From Candidatus Woesearchaeota archaeon (GTDB taxonomy: Archaea; Nanobdellota; Nanobdellia; Woesearchaeales; JAGVYU01): a stretch of 49,954 nt of DNA. The stretch covers positions 1 to 49,954 of the forward strand of contig JAGVYU010000019.1 in the NCBI GenBank assembly GCA_018303105.1, given 5' to 3'. This document shows, one piece after another, positions 26,091-35,143 of the stretch (positions are counted from its first letter, which is position 1; each line of letters begins with the position of its first letter). The notes under the pieces are model-generated. The model did no database searches. It was not told where the DNA came from and worked only from the letters and a program-made list of their open reading frames with translations. A program made the position numbers and the translations under genes.

Positions 26091-26258
26091 TTATGATTGG
26101 TTTGCTTCAATCTCTTTTTTCGCCTTCCTTCTGTACTCTCCATACTTGTCTTCAGGAGAATACTTCGCGGGGTACGGCTGGACTGCTTCCCCACCGCAAG
26201 AACACGGTTTTTGAAGCGTGTACTGGCCGCAGGTTTTGCATTTGAGCAAGGCTTTCAT
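26091..26258 (-). CDS. nop10: H/ACA ribonucleoprotein component Nop10
   Basis: This 55-aa ORF is absent from the ORF track: MKALLKCKTCGQYTLQKPCSCGGEAVQPYPAKYSPEDKYGEYRRKAKKEIEANQS. ATGA overlap with the aIF2-alpha stop. Confidence 0.8.
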   Translation of the reverse strand: MKALLKCKTCGQYTLQKPCSCGGEAVQPYPAKYSPEDKYGEYRRKAKKEIEANQS

Positions 26259-27028
26259 GTTGCCTCTTTGCGCTCGAAAGCAACAGTCTCTCCCATCATG
26301 TGTTGTGCCGTGTCGATCGCTTTCTTGAGCCTGCGCTCAGCATCTTTAAAATCGAGCGATTTCACTGCAACAAGATATGCACCTGCACCCTTGTATTTGA
26401 GTGTGATCTCTTTATCCTCTGCGATGATCTTTAAGAGCGTTCCCTTGATCCGTTCAATCCCGTCATGGGCAAAACTGGTGATTTTGAGGTCTCCGCGAAT
26501 CTCGACTTCCTGCGGCTTCATGCGCGTCGTGATCATCTCTGTAAGATCATCCGCGGATTTCTTGTCCACTCCTAAATCGACAAGATTCGCAGCCCCATTC
26601 GCGACATCCACAAAGCAAAATCGAAGTTCTCTGTACTCTTTCGAAATCGCAGCCATGACCTGGTCATAGAATTGCTTGGGCTCTTTCTTGTATTTTTTTG
26701 CGACCTGCTCAACAATCTTCTCCGAGGTTTGCTCCATCTTGATTTCGGAGAGTTTTCTGCGCTTCTGGCTCTCGTTCACCCTGCGCAGGCTGAGGTCAAT
26801 ATGCCCCTTTTCCTTGTTAATGCGAAGAATGACGCAGACAATCTTTTTCCCTTCGGCTACGAACTCGCGGAGGTTTCTGATGCGCCCCGGGCTGATCTCA
26901 GAGATATGAATTAATCCGGAGCGCCCATACTCATCCAGATCGACAAATACGGAATGATGATAAATATTCGTGACCGTGCAGAGCACGAGTTCTCCTTCCT
27001 CTGGATATCCTTGTTTTCGGAGAAACAT
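26255..27028 (-). CDS. eif2a: translation initiation factor aIF2 alpha subunit
   Basis: An S1 domain (EEGELVLCTVTNIYHHSVFVDLDEYGRSGLIHISEISPGRIRNLREFV) is followed by the helical and alpha-beta domains. Confidence 0.9.
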   Translation of the reverse strand: MFLRKQGYPEEGELVLCTVTNIYHHSVFVDLDEYGRSGLIHISEISPGRIRNLREFVAEGKKIVCVILRINKEKGHIDLSLRRVNESQKRRKLSEIKMEQTSEKIVEQVAKKYKKEPKQFYDQVMAAISKEYRELRFCFVDVANGAANLVDLGVDKKSADDLTEMITTRMKPQEVEIRGDLKITSFAHDGIERIKGTLLKIIAEDKEITLKYKGAGAYLVAVKSLDFKDAERRLKKAIDTAQHMMGETVAFERKEAT

Positions 27029-27211
27029 TTACTCAAGAACCTCAAGAATCTGAGCCTTGACGTGGCTCTTGCCCCCTGTAGGCTGGCTCAGAACTTTTCC
27101 GCACACCAGACATTTGACTTCAATAGAGCTCTTGCCGAACGTGATCTGCTCGTTCTTGCATTTCGGGCATCTGATCTTGATGAATTTGCTCGATGATTCC
27201 TTTTTTCTCAT
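27029..27211 (-). CDS. rps27e: 30S ribosomal protein S27e
   Basis: MRKKESSSKFIKIRCPKCKNEQITFGKSSIEVKCLVCGKVLSQPTGGK… is a C4 zinc ribbon. A TATA (ctttataaatc on the minus strand) lies 24-31 nt upstream. The tracked 138-aa ORF over-extends. Confidence 0.85.
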   Translation of the reverse strand: MRKKESSSKFIKIRCPKCKNEQITFGKSSIEVKCLVCGKVLSQPTGGKSHVKAQILEVLE

Positions 27212-27412
27212 GTGTCCAAAGAATGGGCGAGGATTTATAAAGCTTGTTGTTGGAGGTATTGCCACAGAGGGGATGAGTGTCGTCATGTATGGGGGCCGTT
27301 GAATCTCGGAACTATCTTCTATGGGTATCTTTTCCCAAAGGGGAACAAGCCCCCCTACAAAAATCAAGAAACAATCGAAACATTTATATATCGTATGGTA
27401 TCTATCGGTATC

Positions 27413-27658
27413 ATGAATACACAAATCAATGTAAGGATACCGCAAAAATTGCTTAGTTCAGTGAGGTCCTATTCTGACGAACATGGATATGGTTCGGTGC
27501 AGGACTTCATTAAAGAAACGATTAGGGAAAAATTGTTTGATGAACCTGAAATAAGCAAGGAAGAGTTGGCGCTTGTAAAGAAACTCGCTGACCTAACCGA
27601 AAAGAAAAAACTCTACGGGACAGAGAGGGAGTTATTTAGCAAGCTCAGGAGAAGATAG
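27413..27658 (+). CDS. ribbon-helix-helix (CopG-like) antitoxin
   Basis: MNTQINVRIPQKLLSSVRSYSDEHGYGSVQDFIKETIREKL is RHH-like. The TATA catttatatat lies 20-30 nt upstream. Confidence 0.55.
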   Translation: MNTQINVRIPQKLLSSVRSYSDEHGYGSVQDFIKETIREKLFDEPEISKEELALVKKLADLTEKKKLYGTERELFSKLRRR

Positions 27659-27660
27659 GA

Positions 27661-27957
27661 ATGGAATATGAGGTTATTCCATCCGAATTTTTTCTAGAGC
27701 AGATTGATGAACTGAGTGATGAGGCCGCCAAACTAATTGAGGATAAATTACGTTTGGCAAAGATAAACCCGTTTAGGTTTAAGCGCATTGAAGGGTATTC
27801 CTTATTTCTTTTTAGGATTAGGTTTGAAGATAACCGAAAAGAAAAAAGAGTAGTCTACCTTGTTGACAAACCAAAAGTCAAAGTTCTTTGCATCTTAGAC
27901 AGAAGCAGCGAATACAAGCAATTAAGGAAATTCCTAAAGGGCCATGGGTATCTCTGA
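27661..27957 (+). CDS. RelE/ParE-like toxin
   Basis: …LAKINPFRFKRIEGYSLFLFRIRFEDNRKEKRVVYLVDKPKVKVLCILDRSSEY. It starts 2 nt after the antitoxin stop. Confidence 0.55.
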   Translation: MEYEVIPSEFFLEQIDELSDEAAKLIEDKLRLAKINPFRFKRIEGYSLFLFRIRFEDNRKEKRVVYLVDKPKVKVLCILDRSSEYKQLRKFLKGHGYL

Positions 27958-28046
27958 GATATGCGAAATTAGGCAATCTGTTTCATTTTTTTTGAAGAAG
28001 GGTATATAAATAGCTTCCCAAGGATACATGTATCGGGGGTGAGCAC

Positions 28047-28754
28047 ATGAACGGCGCATTATATCTAAGAGACCCATACTTAAGAACGTTTGATGCTGAA
28101 GTGATTGAGGTCGTGGGCAATGAGATTGTGCTCTCGCACACCGCGTTTTATCCACAGAGCGGTGGCCAGCCGTCTGATACGGGAGTCCTCACAAAGGGAG
28201 AAGAAACCTATCGAGTTGTTGATGTCAGAAAAAAAGAGGGCAGGATCGTTCACCTTGTGGATCATGAGGGCATTCAGCCAGGCGATGGCGTTGAAGGAAG
28301 CATTGATTGGGATCACAGGTATCTCCTCATGCGCTACCACACCGCAGCGCACGTGCTCTCTGCGGTCATCCACAACGCGACAGGAGCCGAAATAACGGGC
28401 AATCAGCTCGGTGAGGATAAGGCGAGGATTGATTTTAACCTTGAGCAATTCGACCGCGATGCGATGAAAACGTATGAGCAGAAGGCGAATGAGCTCATCA
28501 AGGCAAACAAGCCCGTCACGATCAGATTCATTTCCCGAGAAGAGGCGGAAAAAATCCCCACATTATGCAAACTGGCGAAAGGACTTCCTGGGGATATTCA
28601 GGAAATTCGTGTAATCACTATTGAAGACCTCGACGAACAGGCGTGCGGCGGTTGTCACGTGAAGAACACGTCAGAAGTGGGAAGGATCAGCATCACGGCG
28701 ATGGAAAATAAAGGAAAAAATAATCGCCGGTTGTATTTCATGATAGAAAAGTAA
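28047..28754 (+). CDS. alaX: alanyl-tRNA editing protein AlaX
   Basis: …TAFYPQSGGQPSDTG…, HTAAHVLSAVI, CGGCHV editing-domain zinc motifs. GGGGGTGA Shine-Dalgarno site upstream. Confidence 0.85.
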   Translation: MNGALYLRDPYLRTFDAEVIEVVGNEIVLSHTAFYPQSGGQPSDTGVLTKGEETYRVVDVRKKEGRIVHLVDHEGIQPGDGVEGSIDWDHRYLLMRYHTAAHVLSAVIHNATGAEITGNQLGEDKARIDFNLEQFDRDAMKTYEQKANELIKANKPVTIRFISREEAEKIPTLCKLAKGLPGDIQEIRVITIEDLDEQACGGCHVKNTSEVGRISITAMENKGKNNRRLYFMIEK

Positions 28755-28766
28755 GAAAAGAAGAGT

Positions 28767-28829
28767 TTATCTCTTCTTCTTTTTCTTTGATGATTTCTTA
28801 CCTGACTTCTTTTTCGCTTTCTTTGCCAT
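28767..28829 (-). CDS. 20-aa lysine-rich micro-ORF (speculative)
   Basis: MAKKAKKKSGKKSSKKKKKR is preceded by GAGGTGA 7 nt upstream of the ATG and by atttaaatag further upstream. Confidence 0.2.
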   Translation of the reverse strand: MAKKAKKKSGKKSSKKKKKR

Positions 28830-28908
28830 TTACAATTCACCTCTGATCATGACTCTGATCATTTTTCTATTTAAATGTTTTGTTTTAAATCGTAAAAATC
28901 AGAAATAA

Positions 28909-29109
28909 TTATTCGCTTTTCTCAATTTTAATCGCGGCAACCGGACATACCTCCTCCGCTTCCTTATTCTTCGGCAGGTCACTCTCGTCGATGATTTGCT
29001 TTTTCTCCTTTGCCTTGTCTCCAACCATCTCAAAATTTTCACAGCATGCGGTGCACGCCGCGCAGCCAATGCACGTCTCCTGGTCTACCCGAACGTTGAA
29101 TTTTGTCAT
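28909..29109 (-). CDS. small 4Fe-4S ferredoxin
   Basis: CIGCAACTACC … CPVAAI cluster ligand pattern. ATGA overlap with the alaS stop. Confidence 0.75.
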   Translation of the reverse strand: MTKFNVRVDQETCIGCAACTACCENFEMVGDKAKEKKQIIDESDLPKNKEAEEVCPVAAIKIEKSE

Positions 29110-30887
29110 GATGCGGCCTCAAGCGTCGCTTTAATCCTGCGGACACCTGCGCTCACGGCTTCCTCTTTGAGAATTTTGAAGCGCCCAAGCTCTTTGGTAT
29201 TCGCAACATGGGGGCCTCCGCAGATTTCTTTGCTAAACGACCCGACGGTATATACAGAAACCTGATCGGGATAGCGCGTTCCGAATTCTGACTGCGCTCC
29301 GCTGTGCAATGCTTCATGCAATGTCATCTCATGGCGCTGCACGTCAAGATGCTCCTTGATGTGTTTGTTGACCTCCGCCTCCACACCGCGGATCTCTTCG
29401 GCGGTCAATTTTCGGTCAAAATTAAAATCATACCGCAATCGCTCGGTAGTAATATTGCTTCCCTTCTGTCTTATGCTTGGATTCTTGAGAACTCTGCGCA
29501 GCGCTTCACCAAGGAGATGTGTCGCCGTGTGTAATTTCACCGTCGCATCCGAGGCGTCCGCAAGCCCACCTTTGAAGTGCTGCTCAGCTCCCCTGCGCGA
29601 GAGCTCCTGATGCTTCTCATACTCTTTCTGGAACGCCTCGACATCGACGCGCATGCGTTTTTCCTGAGCGAGCTCCTGGATCACTTCGATCGGGAATCCG
29701 TAGCTTTGGTACAAGAGGAACGCCTGCTGCGCGTCAATCTTTCCGAGTTTTGCGATACGGTCGAACTCCTTGAGGCCCTTGTCCAGCGTCCTTTGGAACT
29801 TCTCTTCCTCTCTCCGCAACTCTTCAATAATGAATGTGCGCCGGTCATGCAGTATGGGATAATCCGCTTGGAAAAGCTCAATGACCACTTTCGCAATTTC
29901 TTCGCACGCGTTCATCTTTGAGAGGTCCATGCCGAGCAATCGCAAATGCCGCAATGATCTGCGGATATACCTTCTCAGTACGTATCCCTGATCGACATTT
30001 GAAGGCGCAACGCCGCGCTCGTCTCCAAGAATAAATGTTGCTGCGCGCATATGATCCACAATAATCCTGAATGAACGGATGTTTTCGGGAGTTGGTTGGG
30101 TATTTGTAATCTCAGCAACTTTAGTTAGGATATTTTTCAATTCCTCAATCTCGAAAATATTTGTTTTTCCCTGCAATACCATCGTGACACGCTCGACTCC
30201 CAATCCCGTATCGACGTTTTTGTGCGCGAGCGGCTCATACTTCCCGCCATTCGTCTTATTGTACTGCATGAATACGTCATTCCAGATTTCAACCCAGCGT
30301 GTATCCTTTGGATCGAATTTTTTCGGAGCGTGATCGTCATTAGGAGCCCAGTAAAACATCTCTGTGTCCGGACCGCAGGGTCCTGTGCTCCCTGCCGGGC
30401 CCCACCAATTATCTGATTTGAGAAGATACGCTATTCTCTCCTTTGGAACTCCAAGGCTCATCCACACGTTCGCGGCGTCATCGTCTCGTGGCGCGTCATC
30501 ATCTCCGGCAAAGCATGAAACCGCAAGCCGTTTCGGATCAAGGCCTAACCAGTGTTTTGACGTGAGGAACTCCCAGCTCCATGCAATCGCGTCCTTTTTG
30601 AAATAATCCCCAAGAGACCAGTTCCCAAGCATCTCAAAGAACGTCGTATGCGTTTCATCACCCACTTCGTCAATATCCTGCGTCCTGATGCATTTCTGAA
30701 CATTTACGAGACGCTTTCCCAGAGGATGTTTTTGCCCCATCAAAAAGGGAACTAACGGATGCATGCCCGCAGTCGTAAACAAAACCGTTGGATCATGCTC
30801 CGGAATGAGAGGAGCGCTATGAATAACCGCATGGCCTTTCTCCTTGAAAAACGCGATATACGTGTCTATAAGCTGTTTCCGGTTCAT
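29106..30887 (-). CDS. alaS: alanine--tRNA ligase, short form (catalytic, tRNA-recognition and editing domains; no C-Ala domain)
   Basis: FFKEKGHAVIHSAPLIPEHDPTVLFTTAGM…, KCIRTQDIDEVGDETHTTFFEMLGNWSLGDYFK, editing motifs HTATHLL and CGGPHV. Only 593 aa. Confidence 0.9.
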   Translation of the reverse strand: MNRKQLIDTYIAFFKEKGHAVIHSAPLIPEHDPTVLFTTAGMHPLVPFLMGQKHPLGKRLVNVQKCIRTQDIDEVGDETHTTFFEMLGNWSLGDYFKKDAIAWSWEFLTSKHWLGLDPKRLAVSCFAGDDDAPRDDDAANVWMSLGVPKERIAYLLKSDNWWGPAGSTGPCGPDTEMFYWAPNDDHAPKKFDPKDTRWVEIWNDVFMQYNKTNGGKYEPLAHKNVDTGLGVERVTMVLQGKTNIFEIEELKNILTKVAEITNTQPTPENIRSFRIIVDHMRAATFILGDERGVAPSNVDQGYVLRRYIRRSLRHLRLLGMDLSKMNACEEIAKVVIELFQADYPILHDRRTFIIEELRREEEKFQRTLDKGLKEFDRIAKLGKIDAQQAFLLYQSYGFPIEVIQELAQEKRMRVDVEAFQKEYEKHQELSRRGAEQHFKGGLADASDATVKLHTATHLLGEALRRVLKNPSIRQKGSNITTERLRYDFNFDRKLTAEEIRGVEAEVNKHIKEHLDVQRHEMTLHEALHSGAQSEFGTRYPDQVSVYTVGSFSKEICGGPHVANTKELGRFKILKEEAVSAGVRRIKATLEAAS

Positions 30888-30911
30888 ATCGGGGAATGAA
30901 TCATAACCCCT

Positions 30912-31694
30912 TTAAAATCTTTGCCGTGACTCCAGCAATGCCCACGCGTATGGAACCCGCTCTGCGAATGGGGTATGAAACAATTGATTCACCAGGCCAG
31001 GAAAATCAACGGTGCGCCTGCAGAGCTGCTGCACAACTTCAAAGCTTTTATGCTCAACTGCGGAGTCGATTTCCTCAAGCAATTGCGCACAGTGTGAAAC
31101 TTTGTAGCGTAAAGTCATCCGAGGGTTCTCATAGTTCTCCGGATGTCCATTTTGATCGAAATACATATCGAGTTTTCGCAAAGCTGCCGCATCATCAGTG
31201 CTCAGAGCCGTTCGTAGCCCCGCTTTGGCCTCTGCAGGAAGCGTGCTGCAGACATGCTTGAGCATATGTTCAATATGCTGTCGGTTGCGATCGAATTCCT
31301 TAAGATGCTCGGGGATGTTATGCTGCTCATGGTAGATGCGCTCGCCATGCTCACGGGCGATCATCCATCCATAGACTTCAGCAACCAGCTCCATACCGTT
31401 TCGCTGAGCCAGCGAGAAAGAGCCCCGTTCCATAATCCAATGCACGCAGTAATCGACAAAGTGCATCATCTCATGTGCAATCTCGTGGCGCGGGAGCTTG
31501 CCATATAAGATAGAAAGATGGACCTTTGTGCGATTCGCGTAGGATTCCCAATCATTGCTCACGTGGAGATCCAGGCGGCCTTGAAGCTCCTGCGCGCGGT
31601 GCGGTATCCCGACGATTCCGCAAATATCCGGTATGAATGTTGGGGCAATTTCAAGCGCGAATTTCGTGAGTTCCTCATTATCTGCCATGGCCAA
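30912..31694 (-). CDS. putative zinc metallopeptidase (HExxH)
   Basis: RHEIAHEMMHF motif. Otherwise unrecognised. Confidence 0.45.
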   Translation of the reverse strand: MAMADNEELTKFALEIAPTFIPDICGIVGIPHRAQELQGRLDLHVSNDWESYANRTKVHLSILYGKLPRHEIAHEMMHFVDYCVHWIMERGSFSLAQRNGMELVAEVYGWMIAREHGERIYHEQHNIPEHLKEFDRNRQHIEHMLKHVCSTLPAEAKAGLRTALSTDDAAALRKLDMYFDQNGHPENYENPRMTLRYKVSHCAQLLEEIDSAVEHKSFEVVQQLCRRTVDFPGLVNQLFHTPFAERVPYAWALLESRQRF

Positions 31695-31760
31695 GCAAAG
31701 TGCGGTTTATGTTTTAAACCTTTGCGAGGGTTTTTAAAGTAAAAAGCACTTTCATCTCCC

Positions 31761-32606
31761 ATGATTGAGCTCAAGGGTGAGCATTGTCCATTATTATTCG
31801 ATAAGTGGAGGCCTGAACAATTTACAGAGATCTCCAGTGAAGGCTCTGAAAAGCTGCGTCAATTCTACCACTTCCCGTTTGCCTGGGTTACGATTACTTC
31901 AGGTGATGTCTATTTTCCCATGCATTTCATTAATGCTACTCAAATGCCTAAACATTATCCTTACCCTATCGATGTGCTCTTCGAGCCGCAAATTCTGGAG
32001 ATGTATCACGATGCAAAAACATACATGGGAGCGGTTTTAAAAACGGCTGCAAGAATTCATCCGGAGTTGGCCGCCGTTGATATTGATCGGCAATCTTTCT
32101 TTGGGAGAAACACCGTATTTTTATTGAGCATGGATTACGCTAATAAACCAGACTTATTCAGGGATGTTTCGGCCAGAACGGCCTTTGCCAATGAGATGTA
32201 TAGCTCTCTTCTCGAAATGCTTGCTCGCGAGTTTACAGCTATTGAAGTCCACGATGAGCAGGGATATGTCCTTGGCTTTCCTCTTGGCGAATGTCGACGC
32301 GCCAAGCTTCCGTGTGATGTTGAGATTTACACAGACGTGCATCCAGACAACGAAATAAATTCCGGAAGTTTGCACATGACTGTCGTTTCAAATGAGCACG
32401 CGACTCCTCAAAATCATGGGCAAGTGCTTGAGAGCATTATGCGTCACATCCGGGAGAATTTCGCCGATAGATTGCATAAATACAATGGTCTCCATGTATG
32501 CTTTAGCCAGAAGGGAAATGGCACTGACTGGATTATTGATCTCTCAAAGGTTAGGCCGGCAAAAAAACTTGAAGGAAGGCTTGCTCGGCAGCAGATTCCT
32601 GCTTAG
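31761..32606 (+). CDS. hypothetical protein with the N-terminal MI-LKG…PLLF-KW module
   Basis: The TATA tttttaaa (31731-31738) ends 23 nt upstream of the ATG, the same spacing as at 7736. The N-terminus is MIELKGEHCPLLFDKWRPEQF. Confidence 0.5.
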   Translation: MIELKGEHCPLLFDKWRPEQFTEISSEGSEKLRQFYHFPFAWVTITSGDVYFPMHFINATQMPKHYPYPIDVLFEPQILEMYHDAKTYMGAVLKTAARIHPELAAVDIDRQSFFGRNTVFLLSMDYANKPDLFRDVSARTAFANEMYSSLLEMLAREFTAIEVHDEQGYVLGFPLGECRRAKLPCDVEIYTDVHPDNEINSGSLHMTVVSNEHATPQNHGQVLESIMRHIRENFADRLHKYNGLHVCFSQKGNGTDWIIDLSKVRPAKKLEGRLARQQIPA

Positions 32607-32681
32607 TTTGAATTCTCAAGGAACCCCGCCTGCAAAAGGGTGGACTCCTATTAATTAAACTCAAGGCAATGGTTTTATGTC

Positions 32682-33440
32682 TCACTTGCTAAACACTTTC
32701 TCCAGAACATCGCTCGTGAACAGCGCAATTGCTCTCGCCTGCGCGTCATTTGGAGAAAACGCGCTCTGCTTCGTGTGCACGGAAGAAATCCTGACTTGGT
32801 TGATGAGATGAATCTGTTCAGACAATCCAGGATCAAGCGCAATGTTTTTCTCAGAGAGCTTCGCAACGAGTTTTCCCAATCCGATGCCTGGGCTCGTCTC
32901 TAAGAGGTCCTTTCCTGCAGACTCAAAGTATTTACGGTGCAGCGCAGTCTCAAGAATCCTCCCACAGAGAATGACCGCGCTCCGATAACATTGATGCTCC
33001 ATGCACTTGTTGAGCTCATGGATGTCAGCGAGCACTTCTTCTTTTATCTCCGCCGGTATATGTTCAGGTACTTTGAAAACCCGCAGCGTTTCCTGGTTGT
33101 CCTGAATCTCCGCGACAAGCGATGCGAGTTTTTCCGTGCTCGCCATTAGGTTCTTCATATCGTTCCCGCCTGAATACAGCTCAAGCTCGTTCACGAGCTG
33201 AAGCACTTGAGACAATCCCCTTCCAGTAATTTCCATCTTGAGCTTTTCAGATTTTTCCGAGAGCGTCTTGATATGCCTTGGAATAGAACGCTGCAGCGTC
33301 TCGATACGTGCGCGTTCATAATCAAACACACCAGAAGGACTCGGTTTTACGCGCAGATCAATCTTTTTTCCGGAGAGCGTCTTCACGTCCTGATGCAACG
33401 TGTGCACTTCCCGCGCGAAGTCTGTGAGGAACATTAGCAT
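32682..33440 (-). CDS. coiled-coil protein with a DUF4145-like C-terminal domain (tentative)
   Basis: C-terminus …CYRSAVILCGRILETALHRKYF…QVRISSVHTK…. The start is moved to ATG 33440, 20-29 nt after ctataaatac. Confidence 0.4.
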   Translation of the reverse strand: MLMFLTDFAREVHTLHQDVKTLSGKKIDLRVKPSPSGVFDYERARIETLQRSIPRHIKTLSEKSEKLKMEITGRGLSQVLQLVNELELYSGGNDMKNLMASTEKLASLVAEIQDNQETLRVFKVPEHIPAEIKEEVLADIHELNKCMEHQCYRSAVILCGRILETALHRKYFESAGKDLLETSPGIGLGKLVAKLSEKNIALDPGLSEQIHLINQVRISSVHTKQSAFSPNDAQARAIALFTSDVLEKVFSK

Positions 33441-33494
33441 CTCATGAATATCCGAAGTATTTATAGTTTGTGTTCGATAAATGTTTATAAAGGC

Positions 33495-33926
33495 ATGGAA
33501 GACTTCAATGGTATGAAGCCATTTACTCGGGTGGAGACCCATGCAACCTACCCCTATTCAATGCCCTGTGTGAACATGAGCTTTTATCACGATGATCTGC
33601 GCACGCTGGTTGTGCTCTCAGGCTTTTATAATGATTTCAAAATTGAAAGCCTTGAAGCCCCTGATGTTTGGATAAACGCAGATGGTGCTGAGGAACATAC
33701 GAGAACGCATGGGAGTATCGATGACGTTATCGCTTTATATGAACCGAGTTTATCTCCAGACATGATTGAACAGTTGAAGCTTATCCTTCCGTACCTGCGC
33801 GACCATGCAAAACCGCATCCTTCGTGGATTGTTGAGGAGTTTTGGCCGAAGTCTGAGCCAAAACGTCCAGAACGTCGCAACATTTTGCAGTGGATTAGGT
33901 CTAGACGCGGTGTTCCCGGGTATTAA
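33495..33926 (+). CDS. hypothetical protein
   Basis: ORF divergent from the preceding gene. The start is ambiguous (33495 MEDF… or 33513 MKPF…) relative to two TATA-like boxes. Confidence 0.4.
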   Translation: MEDFNGMKPFTRVETHATYPYSMPCVNMSFYHDDLRTLVVLSGFYNDFKIESLEAPDVWINADGAEEHTRTHGSIDDVIALYEPSLSPDMIEQLKLILPYLRDHAKPHPSWIVEEFWPKSEPKRPERRNILQWIRSRRGVPGY

Positions 33927-33946
33927 CCCCAAGACGCTTATCAGCT

Positions 33947-35143
33947 TTAAAACGCGCTCAACGTCCTCTGCTCCTGTCCTTTCAGCAATCTGCTTTCTTT
34001 GAGAATCTGAGTGATGTCATAATTAAACTTCCTCCGCGCAAGACTATCGGCATATTTTAGCATCAATTCCTTTGACGCGAACACAATCGGTTTTAAACCC
34101 ACAGACTTTCGCGTCGCCTCCCTCACAACCCACACACCTAACGGCGCGATATATTCATTCGTAATAAACCGCAGGACAAGAATCCCGGCTTGCCGCTTCT
34201 CCCGCTGCAGCATTTCAAGAACCCCAAGCCTGCACGCGTAATAGCCTCCTGCCGTCTCTTCCACATACGTCGCCCTCCCAAAAACCGATTCATAATCTGT
34301 CGTCCACTGCCCGGGTTTTGGGGTGTACATTTCAAAGAGCTCATAGCTCCACGGCTGCGGAAAACAGAGGACGAGAAAATTATTCCCAAGATACCCTCCA
34401 AAATAAGCTGCGTACTCATGCTGTGCGTAATCTTTAATCTCTTCAATAATGCTCAGGCCCAGCGTGTCATCCGTCGCCGTAATCGACCAGCGCGTGGGCA
34501 CGAGTTTCCTGTTCTTCCCTATGCCAAAATTCCCAATCGAGAGCGCTCGTGAAAGAAAGTTCTCATCAAATCCAGACTCATACAGCGATACGAGCGCATC
34601 TTTCGCCTTCAAGTCCGTATCGCTCACCGCCCGATCCACTTTAGTATGGATTTTCGGGTTTGACGTGATGTCAACATCTTTGAGCGAGGCGCTTTGGCCC
34701 AACGGTGCCGCGTGCGGATCAATATTCAAGTGGAACACTGGCGTCTGCTCAAGGTGAAGCTCAACATCAACAGGCTGTGACGCCATTCCAATCTCCTGAG
34801 CGGCGTCGAGAAATCGACTTGTATCCTTCACATGGGCGGAAAACCGAGAGTTAATCAGCGCGGTGCGAAGCTGCACTACGTCCGGAATCTGATAATTCTC
34901 CTGCGCCCAGAACCTTGGCGAATCATACTTCCAGACGTCCTCCTTGATCTCTCCTGGAGCGAGGATGCCCACGTTGACTTTGGGATACCCATACCTGCCA
35001 ACAAACGGCGCTGGACTCAATCCCGAGAAGTCCTGCTTGCCCTCCATGTTGACGATCTTGAACAGCGCTTCTGCTTTCGCAAGCACGGGGCAGTTCATAT
35101 GCTGATGCCCTTCCTCGTTGCAGATGATGCAGGTGATTCTCAT
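33947..35143 (-). CDS. nreA: Nre-family DNA repair protein (DUF650/DUF651) with N-terminal CCHC knuckle and C-terminal PIP-like box
   Basis: CIICNEEGHQHMNC (C-x2-C-x4-H-x4-C), …FVGRYGYPKVNVGILAP…, …LVPTRWSITATDD…, C-terminal QRTLSAF. Confidence 0.6.
   Translation of the reverse strand: MRITCIICNEEGHQHMNCPVLAKAEALFKIVNMEGKQDFSGLSPAPFVGRYGYPKVNVGILAPGEIKEDVWKYDSPRFWAQENYQIPDVVQLRTALINSRFSAHVKDTSRFLDAAQEIGMASQPVDVELHLEQTPVFHLNIDPHAAPLGQSASLKDVDITSNPKIHTKVDRAVSDTDLKAKDALVSLYESGFDENFLSRALSIGNFGIGKNRKLVPTRWSITATDDTLGLSIIEEIKDYAQHEYAAYFGGYLGNNFLVLCFPQPWSYELFEMYTPKPGQWTTDYESVFGRATYVEETAGGYYACRLGVLEMLQREKRQAGILVLRFITNEYIAPLGVWVVREATRKSVGLKPIVFASKELMLKYADSLARRKFNYDITQILKESRLLKGQEQRTLSAF

Noticed and set aside
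28655-28840. Tracked ORF beginning MNCKWQRKRKRSQVRNHQRKRRRDK, reminiscent of ribosomal protein L41e
   Set aside because: It starts at a GTG and does not stop after about 25 codons. It continues for 36 more codons antisense to the alaX 3' end. The basic run comes from a purine-rich low-complexity stretch.
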